Source of the DNA: Candidatus Uhrbacteria bacterium
GTDB lineage: Bacteria > Patescibacteriota > Patescibacteriia > UBA9934 > GWF2-40-263
NCBI GenBank assembly: GCA_016188425.1
Contig: JACPHX010000012.1
Coordinates: 1-51,145, forward strand
Length of the DNA: 51,145 nucleotides
Direction of reading: 5' to 3'
Part shown: positions 1 to 8,154 of the stretch, piece by piece
How positions within the stretch are numbered: the first letter of the stretch is position 1
How the letters are laid out: each line of letters opens with the position of its first letter
Notes under the pieces: generated by a model
What the model was told of the DNA's origin: nothing
What the model saw: the letters and a program-made list of their open reading frames with translations, nothing else
Database searches by the model: none
Made by a program: the position numbers and the translations under genes

Positions 1-124
1 AGACGCATATGCGTACGTTCATGAAATGTAGTACCTACAGTATGGCACAAACCAAGTAATGCTTCACCCCCCTCTTTTCCGCCTCCTTTCTGTTCCGTCC
101 CCCCCTAGCGCCTAACGCCTTTTT

Positions 125-1327
125 TCACTCCATCATCCCCTTCAACCGATCCCGCTCCGCCTCAAACGCTTCCTGCTCCTCTGCGCCAATCGACTCCCCC
201 TTTGGAAACTTCACGTCCTGCGGGTTCACCTTTGTCCCATTGACGACCACCTCGTAGTGCACATGCGGGCCGGTAGACCTTCCGGTAGAACCGACGAAAC
301 CAATGGTCTGCCCTTGGCTTACATGGACGCCGGGTTTGATCCCCTTCGCAAACTTCCATAGGTGGGCATAGTTGGTTTGGAACTGTGAATTATGGCGGAT
401 CATTACCTCGTTGCCATAGGGCCCATTCCAACTGGCGCGGATGATATTCCCGTCGCCCACGGCCATAATTGGGGTGCCCAACGGGGCCGCGTAGTCGATC
501 GCGCGATGCGGCTGAACAACGCCGATAACCGGATCCATGCGCGCGTAGTTATATCCAGACGTCACCCGACCGAAGGCGAGGGGGGATTTGAGGAACGGAC
601 GTACAAGCGAATCGCCTTCCTCGTTGAAATACCCTTCCTTCCCGTCGGCGCCGACGAATCGAAACGCCGACACGGTGGTGCCGCTATTTGTGAATTCCCC
701 CGCCAATATATTGCCGATGGGCGCCTCCTTCCCGTCGCGCATCCGTTTTTCGTAAAGTACGTTCATGTGGTCGCCTTTCTGGACGACGGTGGCGAAGTCG
801 ATCTCCCAGGCAAAGATGTTGGCAAAGGCAATAATGAGCTGCTCGGACATCCCCGCCGCCAACCCATCCTCAAAGAGCGACGCGTCGATGGTCACCTCCG
901 TGGTCTCCACCGTCACGTCGTATTTGATCAGCTCTTTGGTAACCGCGAGGCCGTTTTCCAAATCGATCTTGATCGCATACTCCGTCCCCGGTTCGTACTC
1001 GACGCGCGCGCGCACGCCATCCTCGGAAATGAGTTTGAAAGTTCTGCCGACTTTTATATTCGTAAGGTCAAACACATCGGCCGCGTTCGTAACAATCGTC
1101 AGGGCATCGCCGTAGGAAACGCCGAGATCCTCCATCACCTTGGTAAACACATCCCCCTCAACCACTGTCCGTTCCTGCACATCAATGACGGGCCCTGGCG
1201 GAGGGGGCGGGATGACGTCCGTCTGCTCCGCCACGACCGTAGACGGGTTCCTGTGCCAAAACCAAAAACCGCCGGCTCCAAGGAGCAAAAGAAGGATAAG
1301 TACTCCGATAAATCGTGTGCGTATCAT
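125..1327 (-). CDS. M23 (LytM/lysostaphin-like) zinc metallopeptidase with N-terminal membrane anchor
   Basis: Frame of track ORF 125..1711, trimmed to the ATG at 1327. From there the protein reads MIRTRFIGVLILLLLLGAGGFWFW (anchor). The upstream 128 codons run through an intergenic repeat array. C-terminal M23 signatures HRAIDYAAPLGTPI and GSTGRSTGPHVHYEV. Confidence 0.85.
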   Translation of the reverse strand: MIRTRFIGVLILLLLLGAGGFWFWHRNPSTVVAEQTDVIPPPPPGPVIDVQERTVVEGDVFTKVMEDLGVSYGDALTIVTNAADVFDLTNIKVGRTFKLISEDGVRARVEYEPGTEYAIKIDLENGLAVTKELIKYDVTVETTEVTIDASLFEDGLAAGMSEQLIIAFANIFAWEIDFATVVQKGDHMNVLYEKRMRDGKEAPIGNILAGEFTNSGTTVSAFRFVGADGKEGYFNEEGDSLVRPFLKSPLAFGRVTSGYNYARMDPVIGVVQPHRAIDYAAPLGTPIMAVGDGNIIRASWNGPYGNEVMIRHNSQFQTNYAHLWKFAKGIKPGVHVSQGQTIGFVGSTGRSTGPHVHYEVVVNGTKVNPQDVKFPKGESIGAEEQEAFEAERDRLKGMME

Positions 1328-1567
1328 GTCTGGACATTGTAAGGCGTCGTGGGATGATGTAAAGGAAAAACAAATGCCCAATGCCAACATACCAATTCTG
1401 CGCTCGTCCGTCTCAAAACAGCGGAAGGGAAACAGCTTGCCGAAACCATCATCAACACCGATTCCGACGCCTGGTGGGTACATCGGAACAAGGAGACGCC
1501 AACCCCACCCCCAGCACATCAAGCGAAGGAATAACCATGATAGAATACGATCAAATAAAAATAGGGG

Positions 1568-1655
1568 GTTCAAGGGCAACAAGGGTCGCAAGGGTTTCAA
1601 GGGCACATGCTTTTCTGCAGGCCCTTGCGGCACTTGAAACCCCTGCGACCCTAAG
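1568..1655. repeat. Inverted pair of degenerate 9-mer arrays (TTCAAGGGC/AACAAGGGT/CGCAAGGGT ... GCCCTTGCG/GCACTTGAA)
   Basis: GGTCGCAAGGGTTTCAAG (about 1584-1601) is complementary at 17/18 positions to CTTGAAACCCCTGCGACC (about 1633-1650). Further 9-mer units CTAACGCCT/AGCGCCTCA follow at 1661-1690. Confidence 0.7.
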
Positions 1656-1697
1656 CCCCCACTAACGCCTAGCGCCTCATGCCTAACGCCTCCCCCT

Positions 1698-2120
1698 ATG
1701 GTCACCATCAATCATCTCGCTGTCTTCGTTGCCGCTCTTTCCAGTCTCGTGCTCGGATGCATCTGGTATGGCCCCCTCTTCGGTAAGCCCTGGATGCGGC
1801 TCGCCGGGTTGTCGCATGAAAAAATCGCCGAGGCGAAAAAGAAAGGCATGGCAGGCAGGTATTCCGTCATGCTCATCGGCACGGTCGTCATGTCGTATGT
1901 CCTCTGGCACGAAATCACGTTCGCGATCGCCTTCTTTGGAGTCAGCGGCATCGGTGCCGGTTTGGAAGGCGGGTTCTGGATCTGGCTTGGGTTCATCGCG
2001 CCCGTCCTTATGGGAGCCGTCCTTTGGGAAGGAAAATCCTGGACGCTCTGGCTTATAAACGCTGGCTATTATCTTCTATCGCTCATGCTCATGGGAGGCA
2101 TCTTGGCGAGTTGGATGTAG
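1698..2120 (+). CDS. DUF1761-like small integral membrane protein
   Basis: 140-aa ORF with about 4 hydrophobic segments. The N-terminus INHLAVFVAALSSLVLGCIWYGPLFGKPWM resembles the DUF1761 family as I recall it. Confidence 0.65.
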   Translation: MVTINHLAVFVAALSSLVLGCIWYGPLFGKPWMRLAGLSHEKIAEAKKKGMAGRYSVMLIGTVVMSYVLWHEITFAIAFFGVSGIGAGLEGGFWIWLGFIAPVLMGAVLWEGKSWTLWLINAGYYLLSLMLMGGILASWM

Positions 2121-2141
2121 ACACTTGCATTCCGACTTCAA

Positions 2142-3062
2142 GTGCGTAATTATTCCCGCGGAGGTGAGGCATTGAAAGTTTTCTATTCGGGCGCCTACGT
2201 GCGGCCATCCTACGCATTCGACACCACACGCAAAGCAAAATGGGTCGCGGATTCGCTTGTTGCTCATCCGATAGACGGAGTAGAGCTTCAGGAACCGCGA
2301 GCCGTGACCGCGGAAGAACTCGCGGATATCCACGATCGAGGATATGTTGAGGCCATCCGCACCGGCGTGCCAGACGACTTGGCCCGCAGCCAAGGGTTCA
2401 TGAAGTGGAATCCAGGGGTATGGGATGCTGTCTGTGCCATGAGCGGGGGCGTGGTGGAGGCCGTCCATACGGCCATCAAGGAGGGCGCATCCGGCTCCCT
2501 CTCCAGCGGTCTGCATCATGCCAGACGCGATTCTGGCGCCGGCTTCTGTACCTTCAACGGGCTGGCCTTGGGGGCGAAAGCGGCTATCAAAGCCGGCGTC
2601 CGCAAAGTGCTTATCCTGGATCTGGACGCTCACGGAGGGCGCGGGACGCATTCTATCGTGAACCTGTGGCGGGAAGTGACGCAGCTAGATATCAGCGTGT
2701 GTGATTTCGATACTGCCTACAAGCCCGCATTGCCTGGCCGAGTCGTGCTCGTGCGCAAGAGCCAAGAGTACCAACGCACGATCGAGGCGTACTTGAATGT
2801 CATGGAACGAAACGGCCCATTCGGCGTTTGTCTCTACAATGCCGGCATGGATCCATTCGAAGGAAGCGCCGAAGGCGGCCTGGAGGGCATCACGGCGGCG
2901 ATCCTGCGCGCGCGTGAGCAATTCGTCTTCTCCTGGTGCCGACGCACAAAAACGCCGGTCGCGTTCGTCCTGGCAGGCGGTTATACCGGCCCCTCCTGCA
3001 CAAAGGACGAACTCGTAGACCTGCACCGGCTCACCATCGAAGCCGCGGCCAACATTCGCTGA
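2142..3062 (+). CDS. Histone deacetylase-family (arginase/deacetylase fold) protein, AcuC/acetylpolyamine amidohydrolase-like
   Basis: Motifs GLHHARRDSGAGFCTFNG and LILDLDAHGGRGT match the HDAC-family catalytic signatures. An alternative TTG start at 2172 is preceded by GGAGGTGA. Confidence 0.85.
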   Translation: MRNYSRGGEALKVFYSGAYVRPSYAFDTTRKAKWVADSLVAHPIDGVELQEPRAVTAEELADIHDRGYVEAIRTGVPDDLARSQGFMKWNPGVWDAVCAMSGGVVEAVHTAIKEGASGSLSSGLHHARRDSGAGFCTFNGLALGAKAAIKAGVRKVLILDLDAHGGRGTHSIVNLWREVTQLDISVCDFDTAYKPALPGRVVLVRKSQEYQRTIEAYLNVMERNGPFGVCLYNAGMDPFEGSAEGGLEGITAAILRAREQFVFSWCRRTKTPVAFVLAGGYTGPSCTKDELVDLHRLTIEAAANIR

Positions 3063-3067
3063 CCGCC

Positions 3068-4813
3068 TTATTCACGGGCGGTCTTTTTTTTCGCGTTCAG
3101 CCAGTCAGCCAGTTTGGTCATGAGCCCCCGCACTCCCTCAAGTTTTCTCTTGTCCCCCCCAAAAAATCCCGTTTTCTCCTCAAGCACCTTACTTAAAGAA
3201 ATCACATGTCCCTCTAGTGTCGTCTGAAGTTCCCTCGCGTCTCTTTCCCTTGCTCTGGCGTCCGCTTGCAAGCGAACGATTTCTGCGTCCCGTTTCGCCA
3301 GCTCACCTCTCAAGAGTGTCGTCGCTTTTTCCGCCTCTGAAACCCGACGTCCGAATTCCTTGGTATTCAATTCGGCAGACATTTGCCGATCGTCGATTTC
3401 TTTTTCCAACTTCTGAATACGCGCTTCCGCTTGCGCCGCGCGAGAAACGGCGTCTGCTTCGATTTGGTTTCTTTCTGCGACGGCACGATGCAATTTATCC
3501 ATCGCCTGCCGATAGGTGTACGCCACATCTTCCTTCTCCTGCGGCTTGGAGAACTCCTCGATCTTCGCCAGCAATACCGCGTCTGCCTTCCGGTTCTCTT
3601 GCCCTGGTTCAACCACCCCGCCGCTTTTAGATCGCGTCCATCCCGCTTTGCCCAAATCCCCCATGAGCACGGACAGGTTCTCCTCCGGCTTCACGTCTTT
3701 GGCCACGTAATCGTACGCCAAACGCGCATTGATCCTCGCCCCTTCCCCAGAAAGGAGAGAGGAAGCCACCAATGCGTCTTTTTCGCGTAACGGCTCCTGG
3801 CTGTCTATACCGGCTCGGATCCCTCTGCCGATCGAAAAAACTCTCTTGTACGCATTAGCTTCCTTTTGGGCATATCCCCCGGGAAGTTTGCTTTGAATGA
3901 AGCCAAATTCCGCACTACGCCTCAACGTTTCCGCGGGCAAACCGTATAAGCTCCGATCGTCGAACCTGCTCGTTTCAAAACGGGATGCCCCGACAAGCTG
4001 TTCGGCGGCAGAGAGTCGTTTCAAAGGAAAGGGTACGTTGGTGAGCGCGTCGCCCGAGAGTTCTGGGGCAAAAGCAACGAACGTTCCAAGGATTCTATTC
4101 GCAAGAGGGTTTGCAAGCGTTGGCTGGACCTTTTGGTTGGAGAAAATTTCATTTTTGGCGGCCGCATCCCGAATAGATATCAAGAACCCCCGCAAGTCCA
4201 CAAAGGCGTCGCGCAACGCGTTTTCATCAAACGGCTTCCTCTTCCCGGTGGCATCTTGCTCGCCCTCTTCAAATACAGACGCCAACAAATCTTGTTCGAA
4301 CGTAACAGCAAGCCGTTCCGACTCGATTTCTTTTTCTCTTTTAGCAAATCCATCCATGACGTACTTTGTAAGATCTGCCTCTTGAGGCAACCACGTTGCA
4401 TCCGGTTTTTTCAAAGAACTGTTTCTTGAAAAGAACGACTCTAATGCTGTTTTCAATGTACGTTTTGCCTGTTCGCTCTCTGACGATTGATACCTAAATA
4501 CCTCAAATGATCTTGCCAGCTCTTGAAGCTGAATGAGGTCCTTCTTCCCCTGTTCCATAAGCGCCTCTTGCGCCTTTATCCTCTGCTCCACGAGCGGCTT
4601 CAACATCAGCTCGACGATTTCCTGCTTCAATGCCTTCTCCCGCGCTTCGGGCGTGTCCGGTGCCTGGTCAACATCCCTAGCACGCGGCCTATCCGAATCC
4701 GCTGCCGCAATACGCGCGTCTTCATTCGCATCATCCAAACCCAAATCATCAACCAACGAAGGGGCGGGTTGCTGTTCCGGCGCCGGAGCGATATCAGATG
4801 ATCGTCGAGCCAT
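3068..4813 (-). CDS. Hypothetical protein, acidic N-terminus and coiled-coil-like C-terminus (orphan)
   Basis: 581-aa ORF starting with ATG. Long E/K/R/A/Q-rich stretches at both ends (e.g. AQAEARIQKLEKEIDDRQ, LRGELAKRDAEIVRLQADARARERDARELQ). No family motif recognised. Confidence 0.7.
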   Translation of the reverse strand: MARRSSDIAPAPEQQPAPSLVDDLGLDDANEDARIAAADSDRPRARDVDQAPDTPEAREKALKQEIVELMLKPLVEQRIKAQEALMEQGKKDLIQLQELARSFEVFRYQSSESEQAKRTLKTALESFFSRNSSLKKPDATWLPQEADLTKYVMDGFAKREKEIESERLAVTFEQDLLASVFEEGEQDATGKRKPFDENALRDAFVDLRGFLISIRDAAAKNEIFSNQKVQPTLANPLANRILGTFVAFAPELSGDALTNVPFPLKRLSAAEQLVGASRFETSRFDDRSLYGLPAETLRRSAEFGFIQSKLPGGYAQKEANAYKRVFSIGRGIRAGIDSQEPLREKDALVASSLLSGEGARINARLAYDYVAKDVKPEENLSVLMGDLGKAGWTRSKSGGVVEPGQENRKADAVLLAKIEEFSKPQEKEDVAYTYRQAMDKLHRAVAERNQIEADAVSRAAQAEARIQKLEKEIDDRQMSAELNTKEFGRRVSEAEKATTLLRGELAKRDAEIVRLQADARARERDARELQTTLEGHVISLSKVLEEKTGFFGGDKRKLEGVRGLMTKLADWLNAKKKTARE

Positions 4814-4854
4814 ACGTACAAAATATATATTGGCTAGATTATATCAAATTAAAC

Positions 4855-4886
4855 AAAAACCCGCTCCGTTTCCGGAGTGGGTTTTT
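4855..4886. terminator. Bidirectional intrinsic terminator hairpin
   Basis: AAAAACCCGCTCCG-tttc-CGGAGTGGGTTTTT, with an A-run and a T-run flanking a GC stem, directly downstream of the minus-strand CDS ending at 4894. Confidence 0.6.
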
Positions 4887-4893
4887 CTTGTCT

Positions 4894-5415
4894 CTATTCC
4901 ACGCTGTATCCCGCCGTCACGAGCGAACGGAAATTTGCGTCGCCGCCAGAGGAGGCGGAGAAAAGGAATCCAATCGTTGACTCACCTTTCTTATACGAGG
5001 CGGAAACGCTCCCGCCAAAATTGGCCGATGATTCCTGGGCGTATCCTTTTGTTTTCATCTGCGCCGCATACCAGGCGGCCAACTCCCCTGGTGTAAGCGG
5101 TGACTCGGCCGACAGGGTCGCGCCTCCCCCATTCTCGCGCGTCACGGCTGCTACGACGATGCGGCCATTCTCTGGAACCACCAGATCCGTTGGCCAACCG
5201 TCTGGAAGCGCCGCGTTGTTTCCAATAACCATGTTGGTGTTCTCATCGCGAAACGTCACCGTGTCATCCTGAATGTCTACATTCGCATTCGTTCCCGTAT
5301 TCGCCTCAATTTGCCTTTCTATCGCGTTTTCTTGAATTTCCTCTGTGGGCGAAGAACAGCCGAATCCTACAAGAAACAATCCAAGAGGAAGGAGGTATGC
5401 CGGTTTCAGTATCAT
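4894..5415 (-). CDS. Probable secreted protein or lipoprotein (hypothetical)
   Basis: Track ORF 4894..5694 trimmed to the ATG at 5415. MILKPAYLLPLGLFLVGFGCSS looks like a signal peptide with a Cys near the cleavage region. The rest has no recognised motif. Confidence 0.6.
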   Translation of the reverse strand: MILKPAYLLPLGLFLVGFGCSSPTEEIQENAIERQIEANTGTNANVDIQDDTVTFRDENTNMVIGNNAALPDGWPTDLVVPENGRIVVAAVTRENGGGATLSAESPLTPGELAAWYAAQMKTKGYAQESSANFGGSVSASYKKGESTIGFLFSASSGGDANFRSLVTAGYSVE

Positions 5416-5481
5416 AGAGGACGAACGGTTAAGAATTACGTGCATACTACCGTGCCGACCCAGATCCTGGGAAGTGGATAT

Positions 5482-5510
5482 TTGACACGGGTGTTTTAAT
5501 CGAATATTCT
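5482..5510 (+). promoter_or_regulatory. Sigma70-type promoter TTGACA-N17-TATTCT
   Basis: TTGACA at 5482-5487, a 17-nt spacer, TATTCT at 5505-5510. The same hexamer pair and spacing recur at 17648 and 37762. Confidence 0.5.
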
Positions 5511-5623
5511 TCCTTTGAATATGTTTCTCAAACGCGCCAACCTCGGCCATTCCCATGCGATCCTGTTTGCAGGTTCTCGCATGTTTTGCATTTGAAGACG
5601 ATCCGTTTTTCAAAACAAACCAC

Positions 5624-5656
5624 ACGGGAGCCTGGAAACGGGCTCCTGTTGTTTTT
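5624..5656 (+). terminator. Intrinsic terminator inside the 5' leader of the GNAT gene (candidate attenuator)
   Basis: GGAGCC-tggaaacg-GGCTCC, extended by flanking pairs and followed by TTGTTTTT. It lies about 40 nt upstream of the ATG at 5694 and about 110 nt downstream of the promoter. Confidence 0.5.
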
Positions 5657-5693
5657 AAGTAAACAACACGCGATCTAAAAGGAAAGGTGTTCA

Positions 5694-6272
5694 ATGTCCA
5701 ATGTCCGCATCCGCCCCTTTGAGGAGAGCGACAAGCCCATCCTCGCCGACTTGTATGTTCGCTGCTTCGCCGAACCGCCGTGGTACGAGGTCTTCACCCC
5801 CGAGGAAGTGATGGCCGACATCGATGCCGTGAGGTCCTATCCCGAGTCGATCCTCTTCGTTGCAGAAGAGGAAAACCGACCCATCGGTGCGGCCTGGGGA
5901 TTCAGCATCGTCCGCTCCGCGTCCGTGTTCCGCTTGCTCTCGGACGCGCACGACCGCCACAGCTTTTACCACAGCGAGCTGTTCGTCGATCCGCACGCGC
6001 GAAGCCGAGGCGTCGCCAGGCAGCTCGTGAGCCATATGCTCTTGGAGGCGAGGGACCGTGGGTTCAACCGCGGAAGCGTGCGGACGTCGGTCGACCAGGC
6101 CATCGTCCAACGGCTCTACCTCAAGGGATACTCGTTCACGGTCATCGCCGAGGAGTCCGTCGTCTCCAAGAAAACGATCGATGGGATCGAGACCGAACAG
6201 CCGGATCGCCGTCTCATCATGACCGGGTGGTTGCCCACGAAGCCCTGGTGGAACATCGGCTGCGGCCACTAA
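5694..6272 (+). CDS. GNAT-family N-acetyltransferase
   Basis: 192 aa. IRPFEESDKPILADLYVRCF plus the acetyl-CoA-binding-like stretch LFVDPHARSRGVARQLVSHML. AAAGGAAAGGTG precedes the ATG. Confidence 0.8.
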   Translation: MSNVRIRPFEESDKPILADLYVRCFAEPPWYEVFTPEEVMADIDAVRSYPESILFVAEEENRPIGAAWGFSIVRSASVFRLLSDAHDRHSFYHSELFVDPHARSRGVARQLVSHMLLEARDRGFNRGSVRTSVDQAIVQRLYLKGYSFTVIAEESVVSKKTIDGIETEQPDRRLIMTGWLPTKPWWNIGCGH

Positions 6273-6344
6273 TCGTCCTGTGCTCCTGCCGAAAAAACAA
6301 GACTCCCGGGGCTGTTTCGGCCAGCCCCACTTTCTTCTTTCTCT

Positions 6345-7463
6345 ATGACTACTTTATCTATTCTCGAACAACTCATCTCGACCCCCTCCTACGTCGATGC
6401 CACCAACAACGAGGAGGCCATTAGTACTCTCATCTTCTCGATGCTCGAACCATTGAAAGGATCTTGGAATATGTCGACCCAAACCGTTGATGGGAACAGG
6501 CGCAACATCCTTGTGACCAACTCCCCCGCCCCGGAGATCCTGTTCACGGCCCACATGGACACCGTTCCTCCCTCTCCGCTTTGGAAACGGAATCCGTTCA
6601 TTCCTTTCAGAGAAGGGGCACGGCTCTATGGCCTGGGGTCGGTTGATATGAAAGCGGGACTCGCCGCGATCATCCAGACGTTACGAACGAACGTGACGAC
6701 GAAACGGCCGACGGCTGCGTTGTTTTATTGTGGAGAAGAATACGACTTCTGCGGGATGAAAAAGTTCGTCGAGACGACGACCTGGAAACCGAACCTCGTG
6801 GTGAATCCTGAACCGACGGATCTGCTTGTCTTGCGGGGATGCCGTGGTGTCCTTGAGGCAAACATTATCGTTGAAGGAACGGCCGCACACGCCGCGATGG
6901 GAGGAGGGGCGAATGCGATTGAGATAACGATGCAAGCATTGGCTGACCTCAAGGAAGTTCTCGCGAGGAGGCCCCCAACGGAACTCGGCGCGACGACAAT
7001 GAATATCGCGGGCATCCGCGGCGGGCTTTCGATGCAAGCGGATGCGCTCGTCATCCGTCCCAATGTCGTCCCCGCGTTTGCCGACGTGACGTTCGAGTTG
7101 AGGTTGGCGGATGAAACAATCACGTTCCAAGAAATAGAGGGTCTGCTTCGGGATCACATCTCGCGAGCGGGCGGAAAACTTATCCAGAGCCAGTGCCGAT
7201 TCCTCGTCCGACCGATGAGATCCCCATCGACCAGGAGTGAAACAGACGAACAAGCGCTCTCCCAATTCCCCGCAGGCGACCAAACGCGGTGCGGCTATTT
7301 CGATACTCAACTCTTTGTCGAGAAAACCCCCAGCCCATGCGCCATCATCGGACCAGGGCCATCCTTGAACGCCCACACAGCGGATGAATTCGTGGATTTG
7401 CGAGACCTGGAGCAACTCGAAACATGGATGAAGTCCCTTCTCATCGAGAAGATGCATTATTGA
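6345..7463 (+). CDS. M20-family metallopeptidase (ArgE/DapE/acetylornithine deacetylase-like)
   Basis: LFTAHMDTVPP and GLGSVDMKAGLAA match M20 metal-binding/catalytic motifs. 372 aa. Confidence 0.85.
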   Translation: MTTLSILEQLISTPSYVDATNNEEAISTLIFSMLEPLKGSWNMSTQTVDGNRRNILVTNSPAPEILFTAHMDTVPPSPLWKRNPFIPFREGARLYGLGSVDMKAGLAAIIQTLRTNVTTKRPTAALFYCGEEYDFCGMKKFVETTTWKPNLVVNPEPTDLLVLRGCRGVLEANIIVEGTAAHAAMGGGANAIEITMQALADLKEVLARRPPTELGATTMNIAGIRGGLSMQADALVIRPNVVPAFADVTFELRLADETITFQEIEGLLRDHISRAGGKLIQSQCRFLVRPMRSPSTRSETDEQALSQFPAGDQTRCGYFDTQLFVEKTPSPCAIIGPGPSLNAHTADEFVDLRDLEQLETWMKSLLIEKMHY

Positions 7464-7566
7464 AATTCTCTTGACATTGATACAGAAAACACCAAGGATA
7501 TCTGCAGAGGCACCAACGGAATCTTCTTCTTGTTCCCGTCCGTGGGACAAAATCGGAGGTCGATCC

Positions 7567-8058
7567 ATGAAAGGTCTTTGCGATCGCTGCACAGAAAACA
7601 AGGAAGTCCATCGAAACGTTCAAACAGGCAAGCTGGTGTGCGAGACTTGCTACGAAATCGCCTTCAATCGCGACCCGTCCAACCAGGCACCCTGTTCAAA
7701 ATGCGGCCGGGTGAAACCAGTGGCGACTGGGAAAGGGACAGACAAACCTTTGTGCGGAGGCTGCTATCAATTCGTCCGCTACCACGACCCGTCCACGTAC
7801 GAATGCTGCGTGAAATGCCAGAGGGAGAAGCCGGTCAACGCGCGCACCGATGCGGGCGAGCCGGTCTGCAATACCTGCTACAAACGGGATCGGTACCGCG
7901 ACATCACAAGGCACAAACCTTGCGCGGGGTGCGGGAAAACCAAAGCCGTCGTCGCTCGTACGTCCCGCGGCGATCCCTTGTGTGATGCCTGTCGCCGCCA
8001 TCCCCGACCCTCACGCGTAGGAACAGAACAATATTCTGTCCCTACACGCCCCGCCTAG
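7567..8058 (+). CDS. Tandem zinc-ribbon protein (four CxxC-x15/16-CxxC modules)
   Basis: Track ORF 7471..8058 trimmed to the ATG at 7567, preceded by GGAGGT with 6-nt spacing. Four repeats of about 38 aa, each CxxC...CxxCY (CDRC..CETCY, CSKC..CGGCY, CVKC..CNTCY, CAGC..CDAC). Confidence 0.7.
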   Translation: MKGLCDRCTENKEVHRNVQTGKLVCETCYEIAFNRDPSNQAPCSKCGRVKPVATGKGTDKPLCGGCYQFVRYHDPSTYECCVKCQREKPVNARTDAGEPVCNTCYKRDRYRDITRHKPCAGCGKTKAVVARTSRGDPLCDACRRHPRPSRVGTEQYSVPTRPA

Positions 8059-8100
8059 GATCCCCCATCCTCCGCGGGATTTTTTATTCTTCAAACTTCC

Positions 8101-8154
8101 TTATCCTCTGTAACCTCTGTTCGCCTCTGTCAACCTCTGTCATCCTTCCTCTGT
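8101..8154 (+). repeat. Tandem 10-mer array (TTATCCTCTG TAACCTCTGT TCGCCTCTGT CAACCTCTGT ...) abutting the rarA start
   Basis: Four to five consecutive N4CCTCTGT units. A 13-nt identical copy, CCTTATCCTCTGT, recurs at 14370-14382. Confidence 0.7.

Noticed and set aside
392-1342. Long ORFs antisense to, or in alternative frames of, well-supported genes. Examples: 392..1342(+), 5691..6269(-), 6681..7601(-), 8130..8942(-), 12187..13230(-), 16659..17480(+), 25438..26697(+), 33692..35164(+), 45539..46255(+), 46890..48476(+).
   Set aside because: These are shadow ORFs, which are expected in GC-rich DNA. Their products are Arg/Pro/Gly-rich and low-complexity, and they lie opposite genes with clear family motifs.
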